DNA of 34,094 nucleotides from an uncultured Candidatus Saccharibacteria bacterium (GTDB taxonomy: Bacteria; Patescibacteriota; Minisyncoccia; Phycocordibacterales; PALSA-1337), in contig CAYIFO010000003.1 of the NCBI GenBank assembly GCA_964362725.1, forward strand, positions 1 through 34,094, in the 5' to 3' direction. Position 1 is the first letter of the stretch, and each line of letters starts with the position of its first letter. Positions 16,923 through 25,125 of the stretch are shown here, piece by piece. The notes beneath the pieces are model-generated. The model was given only the letters and a program-made list of their open reading frames with translations, made no database searches and was not told the origin of the DNA. The translations under genes were made by a program, and so were the position numbers.

Positions 16923-17627
16923 ATGTCTTCCACCTCTTTTCTCATCACAAAAGAACTACAATCTCTAGCCAGCCCCACCAAAGCCAAACTCCTACAAGGC
17001 TTTTTTAAGACTGGCAAAGGTCAGTATGGGGAAGGTGATAAATTCTTAGGCGTTATGGTGCCTGTGCAGAGGAATATTGCCAAGAAATTATTGGATATTG
17101 ATTTGTCAGAAGTTGGCAAGCTCTTGAGAAGTCCTTACCATGAATGCCGATTTACGGCTTTGCAAATTCTGGTCATGAAATACAAAAAAGGCGCCGAAAA
17201 AGAAAAGAAAGCGATCGTCACCTTCTATATCAAAAACCGGCAGGCAATAAACAATTGGGACTTGGTTGATACTTCTGTGCCTTATATTCTGGGTGACTGG
17301 TTGTTAAATGAAGACAGGGCTGTACTTTATAAACTGGCCGGTTCAAAAAATCTGTGGGACAGGCGCATTGCCATAATTTCAACTTTTGCCTTCATTAAGG
17401 CAGGTCAATTTGAAGATTCTATTAAAATAGCTGAACTATTACTGACTGACAGACATGATCTTATCCACAAAGCCGTTGGTTGGATGCTCCGCGAGATCGG
17501 CAAAAAATCTCATCAAACACTCGAACAATTTTTGAACCAACACGCGACGCGAATGCCGAGAACAATGCTTCGATATGCCATAGAAAAAATGAGCGTTGAG
17601 AAAAAAATAAAATACATGGACAAGTAA
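16923..17627 (+). CDS. DNA alkylation repair protein (AlkD/AlkC-like HEAT-repeat glycosylase family)
   Basis: 'KAKLLQGFFKTGKGQYGEGDKFLGV', 'NNWDLVD', 'WDRRIAIISTF' and 'HDLIHKAVGWMLREIGK' are the recurring blocks of the DNA_alkylation family. It starts 21 nt after the second SET gene. Confidence 0.85.
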   Translation: MSSTSFLITKELQSLASPTKAKLLQGFFKTGKGQYGEGDKFLGVMVPVQRNIAKKLLDIDLSEVGKLLRSPYHECRFTALQILVMKYKKGAEKEKKAIVTFYIKNRQAINNWDLVDTSVPYILGDWLLNEDRAVLYKLAGSKNLWDRRIAIISTFAFIKAGQFEDSIKIAELLLTDRHDLIHKAVGWMLREIGKKSHQTLEQFLNQHATRMPRTMLRYAIEKMSVEKKIKYMDK

Positions 17628-17767
17628 CCTTGCCGAGTTATGCACATTTTTTGCAATTTGGCATTGTAATATTTTTTCAATGCCTCATAATGATAGAGTC
17701 AATGTAATAATTTTTGTCGAAGAATTATTATAAACATACTATCTCCGTAATTTTCTCTCCACTCCAA

Positions 17768-17839
17768 ATGAAAAAGAAGAAGCGTGTTACCAAGAGAAAG
17801 ACCACCAAAAAGCGCAAGACTACCAAGCGCCGCCGTTAA
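17768..17839 (+). CDS. possible 23-aa ultra-basic peptide
   Basis: ATG...TAA encodes MKKKKRVTKRKTTKKRKTTKRRR (17 of 23 residues are K/R). The stop lies 2-3 nt before a very strong terminator. No Shine-Dalgarno sequence is seen, and the ORF is too short for the ORF track. Confidence 0.3.
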   Translation: MKKKKRVTKRKTTKKRKTTKRRR

Positions 17840-17840
17840 G

Positions 17841-17868
17841 AAAAAAACTCCCCGTCAGGGGAGTTTTT
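17841..17868. terminator. bidirectional rho-independent terminator
   Basis: AAAAAAA-CTCCCC-gtca-GGGGAG-TTTTT: a perfect GC-rich stem flanked by an A-run and a T-run. It sits between the convergent small ORF/AlkD-like unit (+) and the peptidase gene (-). Confidence 0.85.
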
Positions 17869-17891
17869 GATCCTATAATCAACAGGACACT

Positions 17892-20117
17892 CTATCTAAT
17901 CCTGATCGAGACTGCGTTTGAATAAGCCGACTCTTTTCCGGTCTGACTGTTCACGGCCTTGACCCGATAATAGTATGTGCCGCTTGTTAAGGACTCGGAA
18001 TACTTCGTGACGTTGCTTCCGACGGTACCGACGACTAGGTAGGAAGGCACGGCATTTCTGCCTTTGGCCGCCAAAGCCCGTTCGATAACGAATCCGGTTT
18101 CATTGTTTGAATTGTCAGTCCAGAGGAGTGTGGCGGTATTTTGCAGGGCGCTGACGCTGATCGATGCCGGTGGGTTGATAATATTGGGGTCGGTGACAGT
18201 TATAAGCACGCTGGCGCTGACCTTGGCGCCGGAATTATCGGTAACAGTCAGAGTGGTCGTGAAATTGCCCGCCTGGGAGTATGTGTGCAGAGCGATCGGT
18301 TCTGAAGAAGTTGTTCCATCCCCGAAATCCCAGAAATAGGCCACAATAGTACCATCTACATCCTTTGAATCGGTACCGATCAGGGCCGTGGAAAAAGGAA
18401 CCGTTCCGCTCGTGGAAGTGGCGATTATAATAGCGGTCGGTGCTACATTACCCGATCCAAAATCATAATCGATATAGGCATAATCTTGGGCCGCGTCGAT
18501 AGTCTTTGGAACGATGTTATAGGAGAGAATTTTGTTTTTTGCCAGATCGATGAGGTTGAAAGATTGAAGAGTTGTTGGGCTCAAAGCGGTCGAATCATAG
18601 GTGTTGAGAAAATAGCGTCGCGGGCCGCTCACACCTGATACCAGATCAGTGAAATCAAGATAGAATGTGCCGCTCCTCTCCACTGTTCCACCATCATAGG
18701 CATAGGCGCCACCGGCTCTGGCCAGGACTCTATTGGTGCTCCAGATGGTCGTCGGTGTCATTGAATCGGTTGTCGATAGGCCGAGACTCATAACCAATTC
18801 GTTGCGTTTGAGGTTCTTGACGGTAAATTCGGCCAGAACCTGCGGTGTATAGTTAGTCAAAGGGGTGATCCAGACCGCTTCGTCATACCAGAATATGCCT
18901 TCACCGGTATAAGAGGGATTGCGCGTACGCAGGGCTTGATAAGCGATCCATGCAAAACCGCTTTCATTCCAGGTCGAGCCCCAGGAATTGGCTATGCGCA
19001 AAGCACCTTTTTCGTTTGAATCAACCAAACCGTTTAGATTGAGATCGACCCAGATATTATCGTCATAGCCGACGATAGTCATGGCATGTGCGCCAGCTGT
19101 GCCACTGACCGAAGTAACAATTCTCTTTCCAACAAAAGAGTCGTCCGCGGCGTTTTGCAGATCATTGCCGATTGTTTTCCAAACCCAGGAATTTATATAG
19201 GTGGCATAGTTGAGGACATAGCCGTTTACCAAGAGTTGTTTAACTTGAGTCAGACCGGTTTCGGTATCGACATCCAGCACTTTACCGACTTTATCAACCT
19301 GCATATTGATGGCTGATTTCCAGACTTCGGAATCAAGGCTCCAGGCGCGATAGTTTCCGTCATAGGGGAATTGAGCCCAGGTCGCCAAACCGTGTTTTTG
19401 GGCTATGGCAAAAGCCTCGAAATATGTGCTACCGACATTTGCCCCTCCGTTGACCATGTTGTAGGTCCATTTTGGAGAAAAGCGAAACATGTCGCCTCCG
19501 TTTTTGGCATCCAAATCGCGAGCCATCGCGTTCATATGAGTAAAGGTATAGTAGACGCCCGCAAACTGGGCGCAAGAGTTCAAGGAGCCCTGACTGCGGA
19601 TAGGAGGAAAATATTTGAGCGTGCTGTTATCGACGCCGAAAACCTCCGCGGTTACCAGTATTTCGGCCGTCTGGCCGGTGACATCGGCTATTGGCCCGGC
19701 GCCGACCGCACCTTCCACTTCCTGGCCTTGCGGTGCTATCTCAATGTCTCTTTCATTGAGAACCTGCTTGCCATGCTTGACTCGCTCGGCGTTGACGCGA
19801 TCAAAACCAAGTTTGTTCAGTTTGACTTTTTTTGTTTTAAGGACGTTTTTTTCAATCCAGTCAGTTTGTTCGCTATTGGGTCTGGTCGCGCCGGTCCCAA
19901 GTAGTTCGTCACCGATTCTTTCCAAGGATGTTTCACTGGAAGTAAAAGAACCGTCTATTGTTGCCGCCAGATTGTCAGAAATCGCAAGAGGGGCGGGGAT
20001 TTGCGTAACCACAGGACTTGACCGGGTCCGGTTCAAGGCGACAATGTAATATTCTGAAACTAGGAGACTGATCATAATGATCAGCATCAGTCCAACGATT
20101 TTAATGTTTTTCATCAT
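17892..20117 (-). CDS. secreted/anchored papain-like (C1 family) cysteine peptidase with PKD and fibronectin type III domains
   Basis: N-terminal hydrophobic segment 'IVGLMLIIMISLLV'. Catalytic blocks 'RSQGSLNSCAQFAG' (Q...C), 'GAHAMTIVGYDDN' (His) and 'ANSWGSTWNESGFAWIAY' (N-S-W). PKD signature 'FWDFGDGTTS...TLTVTDNSG'. C-terminal Fn3-like 'LLWTDNSNNETGFVIER...YYYRVKAVN'. Confidence 0.85.
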   Translation of the reverse strand: MMKNIKIVGLMLIIMISLLVSEYYIVALNRTRSSPVVTQIPAPLAISDNLAATIDGSFTSSETSLERIGDELLGTGATRPNSEQTDWIEKNVLKTKKVKLNKLGFDRVNAERVKHGKQVLNERDIEIAPQGQEVEGAVGAGPIADVTGQTAEILVTAEVFGVDNSTLKYFPPIRSQGSLNSCAQFAGVYYTFTHMNAMARDLDAKNGGDMFRFSPKWTYNMVNGGANVGSTYFEAFAIAQKHGLATWAQFPYDGNYRAWSLDSEVWKSAINMQVDKVGKVLDVDTETGLTQVKQLLVNGYVLNYATYINSWVWKTIGNDLQNAADDSFVGKRIVTSVSGTAGAHAMTIVGYDDNIWVDLNLNGLVDSNEKGALRIANSWGSTWNESGFAWIAYQALRTRNPSYTGEGIFWYDEAVWITPLTNYTPQVLAEFTVKNLKRNELVMSLGLSTTDSMTPTTIWSTNRVLARAGGAYAYDGGTVERSGTFYLDFTDLVSGVSGPRRYFLNTYDSTALSPTTLQSFNLIDLAKNKILSYNIVPKTIDAAQDYAYIDYDFGSGNVAPTAIIIATSTSGTVPFSTALIGTDSKDVDGTIVAYFWDFGDGTTSSEPIALHTYSQAGNFTTTLTVTDNSGAKVSASVLITVTDPNIINPPASISVSALQNTATLLWTDNSNNETGFVIERALAAKGRNAVPSYLVVGTVGSNVTKYSESLTSGTYYYRVKAVNSQTGKESAYSNAVSIRIR

Positions 20118-20188
20118 TCTTTGAAGATAAGCTAATAAACCACGTACAGTTTACCATTTTTTTGCATAGTCTATGTGGATAACCACCC

Positions 20189-20217
20189 TTTACAATACCC
20201 CTAGGGGGGTATATAAT
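20189..20217 (+). promoter_or_regulatory. csoR/copA promoter with embedded CsoR operator
   Basis: TTTACA (20189-20194), 17 nt, TATAAT (20212-20217). The spacer and -10 region contain the palindrome ATACCCC-tagg-GGGGTAT (20195-20212), a G/C-tract inverted repeat of the kind bound by CsoR-family repressors. Confidence 0.65.
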
Positions 20218-20223
20218 GGCTGG

Positions 20224-20499
20224 ATGAAATACATGAATCCGGAAAAACAGAATAAAATCATCAGGCGCTTGAAGCTCATTGAGGGTCAGATACGGGGGCT
20301 TCAGAGGATGATCCAGGATGACAGTTATTGTATTGATATTATTACCCAAACCTCGGCAGTCAAAAAGGGTCTTTCCAATATCGAGGATTTGCTTTTGGAA
20401 AATCACTTGAATAGTTGCGTGACCAAGCAGATGGCTGAAGGTCAGGCTAGGAAGGCCCAGGAAGAAATTCTCAAAGTCTACAAGCTCAAGCGTAAATAG
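20224..20499 (+). CDS. csoR: CsoR-family copper-sensing transcriptional repressor
   Basis: 'RRLKLIEGQIRGLQRMIQDDSYCIDIITQTSAV...LLENHLNSCV' is the CsoR/RcnR fold with the Cys...His...Cys ligand set (x-C-H-C pattern). ATG 20224 or 20233 is preferred over the track start at 20173, because the TATAAT box lies at 20212-20217. Confidence 0.85.
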   Translation: MKYMNPEKQNKIIRRLKLIEGQIRGLQRMIQDDSYCIDIITQTSAVKKGLSNIEDLLLENHLNSCVTKQMAEGQARKAQEEILKVYKLKRK

Positions 20500-20528
20500 A
20501 AATTTTATTGGCCATAATCTCCAACATC

Positions 20529-22868
20529 ATGCAAAGTGGTAATTATCGAGTAAAAGGAATGCACTGCGCCTCTTGCGCCGGTATTATCGAAAAAACCTTC
20601 AAGAAGACCGAGGGTGTTTCTGCTGTGGAGGTCAATTACGGTACCGAAACAGCCAAAATGACCTTCGATGAGACCAAGATCAATATTCCAGACCTATCAA
20701 ATAAAATCGAGAAGCTCGGCTATTCTTTGGTCGATCATTTGCAAAATAAAAACCATGACCGGAATGTCTCTGCGACCGATATGGGTATGACAGATGCGGA
20801 ACATACCGGCCATCTTGGTCTGAACCAATCAAAAAAAGAAAAGCTGGCTGAAATAAAAGATATGAAGACGAAAGTTTTTTCAGCCATACCGCTTGCTTTA
20901 ATCAGCATTTTTGTCATGGTCTGGGAAATTTTGATCAAGTATCAAGTAGTGCCAGAAATGGGTAATACAATCGAGGAATTTATTCACCATCTTTTGCCTT
21001 TGATGGCCGCTTACACTCTTTTTGTAGTTGGTAAACCCTATCTTCTCGGCCTCTACCGATTTTTGCGTTATGGCAAAGCCAATATGGACACCCTGATCGG
21101 TCTGGGCACCGTTGCCGCCTTTCTCTACAGTTTTGCCGTGACTGCCTTTGAGGATGTTCTCAAGCCGTATATCGATATTAGCAACACTTATTATGATGTT
21201 ACGATCGTTGTTATTACCTTCATCGCTCTGGGTAAATATCTGGAAGCCCGGTCAAAAATCAAGACCGGCGATGCTATCGAGAAACTTCTCAATCTTCAGG
21301 CCAAAACGGCTTTGGTTGTGAGAGATGGTCGGGAAATGGAGATTTCGGTAAATGATGTCAAACACGGCGATAGTATTATCATCAAACCTGGGGCCAAAAT
21401 TCCGGTGGACGGAACAATAATAGAGGGCGGGTCTTTTGTTGACGAATCGATGGTTACCGGTGAGCCGATGCCGGCCCAAAAGAAAATTGGCGACAATGTT
21501 GTGGCCGGTACCCTGAATACCAGTGGTTCTTTCACCTTCAAGGCCACGAAAGTCGGTTCAGAAACTCTCTTGGCCCAGATTATAAAGATGGTTGAGGAAG
21601 CCCAGGGAAGCAAAGCACCTATTCAGGCCCTGGCCGATAAGATTTCCGGAGTCTTTGTGCCCATTGTTTTGGTTATCGCTTTTCTGACTCTAGGAGTTTG
21701 GCTTTTACTTGGAAGCGGTTCTCTGGGTTTTTCTCAAGCTTTGTCTTTCGGTCTGGTTTCATTTGTGAGCATTCTGGTCATTGCCTGTCCTTGCGCTCTG
21801 GGCTTGGCTACGCCGACCGCTATTATTGTTGGAGTAGGCAAGGGAGCCAAAGAGGGGATTCTTATCAAAGACGCGGCCACCTTGGAAAAACTCCATAAGA
21901 TCAATACCGTGGTTGTCGATAAAACGGGAACGATTACCATAGGCAAGCCCAGCTTGGTTGACATCAATAATTATTCAGATTTGAAAGAAGAGGAATTTTT
22001 GTCTATTCTGGCTTCGTTGGAGAAGAAATCCGAACACCCGATCGCTCATGCCATCGTAGGTTATGTTCAAAATATGGCCAAGATTGATAACAACGCCAAA
22101 AGATTTTTTGATGTTTCAAATTTTCAAGCTCTTCAAGGTAAGGGCTTGAAAGGAACAATTGACGGGATAGAATATTATGTTGGCAATGTCAAGCTTATTC
22201 GGGAATTGAATTTGGATTTCGATGGCGCGCAAATCGAACGATTTACCGCCCAAGGCAAAACACCGGTCATATTGGCCAATAAGGAAAAGGTTCTCGGTTT
22301 TGTCATGGTGGCCGATGAAATAAAAAAGGAGTCAAAACAGGCTGTGGCCGATCTTCACGATTTGGGAATACAGGTTGTCATGTTGACCGGAGATGATGAA
22401 AAAGCCGCCAAGTACATGGCCGGTCTGGTCGGTATTGACGATGTTGTCGCCCATGTGTTGCCAGAGGACAAATTGATCAAAATAAAGGAACTTCAGTCTC
22501 GTGGTCGGATTGTGGCCATGGCTGGGGACGGCGTCAACGACGCACCGGCTCTGGCCCAGGCTGATGTGGGGATTGCCATGGGTACCGGCACCGATGTGGC
22601 TATAGAGTCGGCCGGCCTTACTCTACTCGGTGGTGATATATCCAAACTGGTCAAAGCCATCAAACTTTCAAAAATGACCATGAGAGGGATCAAACAAAAT
22701 CTTTTTTGGGCTTTTTTCTACAATGTCGTCGGTATTCCCTTGGCGGCCGGCCTTTTCTTTCCATTTTTCGGCTGGCTTTTGAGCCCGGTCTTCGCCGGCA
22801 TGGCCATGGCCCTCTCCAGTGTTTCCGTTGTCTCCAATTCACTTCGGATCAAAGCCAAGAAACTTTAA
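20529..22868 (+). CDS. copA: copper-translocating P1B-type ATPase
   Basis: N-terminal HMA 'GMHCASCAGIIEK', 'TGEPMP', transmembrane 'CPCALGLATP', phosphorylation site 'DKTGTIT', 'SEHPIAHAI' and 'GDGVNDAPAL'. ATG 20529 is preferred over the track's TTG at 20508. Confidence 0.95.
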   Translation: MQSGNYRVKGMHCASCAGIIEKTFKKTEGVSAVEVNYGTETAKMTFDETKINIPDLSNKIEKLGYSLVDHLQNKNHDRNVSATDMGMTDAEHTGHLGLNQSKKEKLAEIKDMKTKVFSAIPLALISIFVMVWEILIKYQVVPEMGNTIEEFIHHLLPLMAAYTLFVVGKPYLLGLYRFLRYGKANMDTLIGLGTVAAFLYSFAVTAFEDVLKPYIDISNTYYDVTIVVITFIALGKYLEARSKIKTGDAIEKLLNLQAKTALVVRDGREMEISVNDVKHGDSIIIKPGAKIPVDGTIIEGGSFVDESMVTGEPMPAQKKIGDNVVAGTLNTSGSFTFKATKVGSETLLAQIIKMVEEAQGSKAPIQALADKISGVFVPIVLVIAFLTLGVWLLLGSGSLGFSQALSFGLVSFVSILVIACPCALGLATPTAIIVGVGKGAKEGILIKDAATLEKLHKINTVVVDKTGTITIGKPSLVDINNYSDLKEEEFLSILASLEKKSEHPIAHAIVGYVQNMAKIDNNAKRFFDVSNFQALQGKGLKGTIDGIEYYVGNVKLIRELNLDFDGAQIERFTAQGKTPVILANKEKVLGFVMVADEIKKESKQAVADLHDLGIQVVMLTGDDEKAAKYMAGLVGIDDVVAHVLPEDKLIKIKELQSRGRIVAMAGDGVNDAPALAQADVGIAMGTGTDVAIESAGLTLLGGDISKLVKAIKLSKMTMRGIKQNLFWAFFYNVVGIPLAAGLFFPFFGWLLSPVFAGMAMALSSVSVVSNSLRIKAKKL

Positions 22869-22872
22869 TTCC

Positions 22873-23916
22873 ATGAATATTCAAAAAAACAAACAAAACC
22901 AAAGACATCTCTTTCATATCCAGGGCATGCATTGCAAGGCTTGTGTTTTTTTGACCGAAAGTGAAGTTGGCGACTTGCCTCATGTGACTTATGTTCGGTC
23001 GCGACTAGAAAACCATACTATCGAGATTGAAGGTGATTTTGGTCAAAAGACACCTGTGGAAATCGTTCAGGAACTGACAAATTTACTCCAACCTCGCGGC
23101 TACGCGGTTTCAATGGAACCAGGAACGAATGTCAATAAGTGGCGGGATTTCACATTCGCTTTACCCATAGCCATCGGTTTTGCCACCCTATTTGTGATTA
23201 TGCAAAAGTTGGGCATAGTGAACTTGGTTGACGCCACTCAAGTCACCTATGGCACGGCTTTTGTGATCGGCATTGTCGCCTCGCTTTCGACTTGCATGGC
23301 GGTCGTCGGAGGTTTGCTCTTGTCGATGTCGGCCACCTTTGCCAGGGAAGGCGAAAGGTTCAAGCCCCAAATCATGTTCCATGGCGGTCGCCTAGTTTCC
23401 TTCTTTGTCTTGGGTGGTTTCATCGGTTCTCTGGGAGCGGCTTTTGCCTTGAATGCCACGGCAACTTTTATTATTAGTCTAATAATCGGTCTTGTCATGT
23501 TTGTTCTCGGCTTGAATCTCTTGGATATCTTCCCTTGGGCCAAAAAACTTCAACCCTCCATGCCTCAATTCATTGCCAGGCGTGCCCATAACCTGTCAAA
23601 ATACAACCATACTCTGACACCTCTTTTGGTCGGTATCGCTACATTTTTCCTGCCCTGCGGCTTTACCCAATCAATGCAGATTTACACACTGACGACAGGC
23701 AATTTTCTCCAAGGTGGTTTGACGATGCTGGCTTTCGCCCTTGGTACTTTGCCTGTCTTGGCTTTGGTCAGCTTCAGCTCTTCAGGCTTGAAAAATTACA
23801 GGCAAAAGGGAGTTTTCTTCAAAAGCGCCGGTTTGGTGGTCATAATGTTTGCCATTTTCAACCTGGTAAACAGTTTGGCGGCAATCGGTCTTATATCGCC
23901 TCTCTTCAATTTTTAG
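22873..23916 (+). CDS. HMA-domain membrane protein (DsbD_2/TauE-like permease fold)
   Basis: The N-terminus 'FHIQGMHCKACVFLTE' is a heavy-metal-associated M-x-C-x-x-C domain. About six hydrophobic helices follow, including 'FFLPCGFTQSM'. ATG 22873 lies 4 nt after the copA stop, whereas the track start at 22819 would overlap copA. Confidence 0.75.
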   Translation: MNIQKNKQNQRHLFHIQGMHCKACVFLTESEVGDLPHVTYVRSRLENHTIEIEGDFGQKTPVEIVQELTNLLQPRGYAVSMEPGTNVNKWRDFTFALPIAIGFATLFVIMQKLGIVNLVDATQVTYGTAFVIGIVASLSTCMAVVGGLLLSMSATFAREGERFKPQIMFHGGRLVSFFVLGGFIGSLGAAFALNATATFIISLIIGLVMFVLGLNLLDIFPWAKKLQPSMPQFIARRAHNLSKYNHTLTPLLVGIATFFLPCGFTQSMQIYTLTTGNFLQGGLTMLAFALGTLPVLALVSFSSSGLKNYRQKGVFFKSAGLVVIMFAIFNLVNSLAAIGLISPLFNF

Positions 23917-23931
23917 TATAATCTATAAATA

Positions 23932-24321
23932 ATGAAAACTATTATTTTATCCATTGTTGTCGCCGTAGCCTTTATTAGTGGAGCGATTATTATTTCCAAG
24001 AATGGTGATCGAAGCCAGGTCAATTCGGGTGGGAACAATGTCTCAATAGAAAATGGCAAGCAGATTATCGAAATTACGGCCAAAGGTGGATATCAGCCTA
24101 GGAAAAGTTTGGCTAAAGCCGGTTTGCCCACAGTCATTCGTTTTAACACCGAAGGCACTTTTGACTGTTCATCTTCCATTCGAATCCCTAGCTTGAAGAT
24201 TTCAAAATATTTACCCCAGACTGGTACAACTGATATCTATATAGGCACACCAGAGGCTTCGACTTTACGCGGTTCTTGCGGCATGGGCATGTATTCTTTT
24301 GAGGTTGAATTTGAGCTATAA
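23932..24321 (+). CDS. membrane-anchored cupredoxin-like domain protein
   Basis: 129 aa with an N-terminal TM anchor. The beta-rich domain 'IEITAKGGYQP....VIRFNTEGTFDCSSSIRIP....GSCGMGMYSFEVEF' has Cys/Met ligand candidates. This type of protein commonly accompanies HMA-permease genes. Confidence 0.6.
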   Translation: MKTIILSIVVAVAFISGAIIISKNGDRSQVNSGGNNVSIENGKQIIEITAKGGYQPRKSLAKAGLPTVIRFNTEGTFDCSSSIRIPSLKISKYLPQTGTTDIYIGTPEASTLRGSCGMGMYSFEVEFEL

Positions 24322-24366
24322 CGGGTGTCTTTCTGGCATAAGAGCTAGTATGGTATATTTATGTAA

Positions 24367-25029
24367 ATGAAGAAAGTTTATATTATCGTAGTGGTTATCG
24401 TTCTGGCGGTTATTGCCGCTTTCATTTTCTGGCCGGCTCCCCAGGAAGAGGTGATTACCGATCAAAAAGCCACCGGTTTGGATTATAAAAATGCGACTTA
24501 TAACATCGAGGGCGATGATTGGACTCTGGTCAATGGGTTAGCAGAAGAAAATATCTACAACTCTTCCGATAAAATTGTTCTCAAATATTTTGGTTATGAA
24601 ACAACGGGTGACCTTGATGGCGATGGTTTGCCGGATATAGCTTTTATCCTGACTTATAGCACAGGTGGAACAGGAACATTCTACATTGTGGTGGCGGCTT
24701 TGAAGACGGCCGAAGGTTATGTTGGTACCAACGGCATTGGTCTGGGAGACCGGATTGCTCCGCAGACGACAACCATAAAGAACGGTCTGATTATAGTCAA
24801 TTATGCCGACAGACGACCCAATGAAGGTATGGCCACCCAGCCCTCGGTTGGCAAAAGCAAGTATTTGAGAGTGGTCGGCAATAAACTCATTGAAGAAATC
24901 AGGAATAGTCAGTTGGAAGCCGATGATATTGTCTGTACCATGGAGGCCAAGATTTGCCCTGACGGCACGGCCGTCGGCCGGGTCGCGCCAAAATGCGAGT
25001 TTGCACCTTGTCCGGAGTTTGCGAAGTAA
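24367..25029 (+). CDS. hypothetical membrane-anchored protein with Cys-rich C-terminal tail
   Basis: 220 aa. N-terminal anchor 'VYIIVVVIVLAVIAAFIF', a 'GDLDGDGLPD' loop, and four Cys in the last 30 residues: 'CTMEAKICPDGTAVGRVAPKCEFAPCPE'. Confidence 0.6.
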   Translation: MKKVYIIVVVIVLAVIAAFIFWPAPQEEVITDQKATGLDYKNATYNIEGDDWTLVNGLAEENIYNSSDKIVLKYFGYETTGDLDGDGLPDIAFILTYSTGGTGTFYIVVAALKTAEGYVGTNGIGLGDRIAPQTTTIKNGLIIVNYADRRPNEGMATQPSVGKSKYLRVVGNKLIEEIRNSQLEADDIVCTMEAKICPDGTAVGRVAPKCEFAPCPEFAK

Positions 25030-25125
25030 GTGTTATGAGGATTTGAACTATAATTTATTATAAGGTTGCGTATATATATCACCATGCTTTAATAGAGGCA
25101 TTACTAGCCCTTATTATTTTATTCC

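Noticed and set aside
18064-20049. Plus-strand ORFs of 76-177 aa inside the peptidase gene (18064..18339, 19086..19316, 19371..19904, 19615..20049)
   Set aside because: These are shadow ORFs antisense to a strongly supported, GC-rich gene. They are rich in Ala/Arg/Ser/Pro, have no motifs and overlap each other.
20101-20406. 101-aa minus-strand ORF spanning the csoR promoter and csoR 5' end
   Set aside because: It is antisense to csoR, runs through the promoter/operator and overlaps the peptidase start. No motif.
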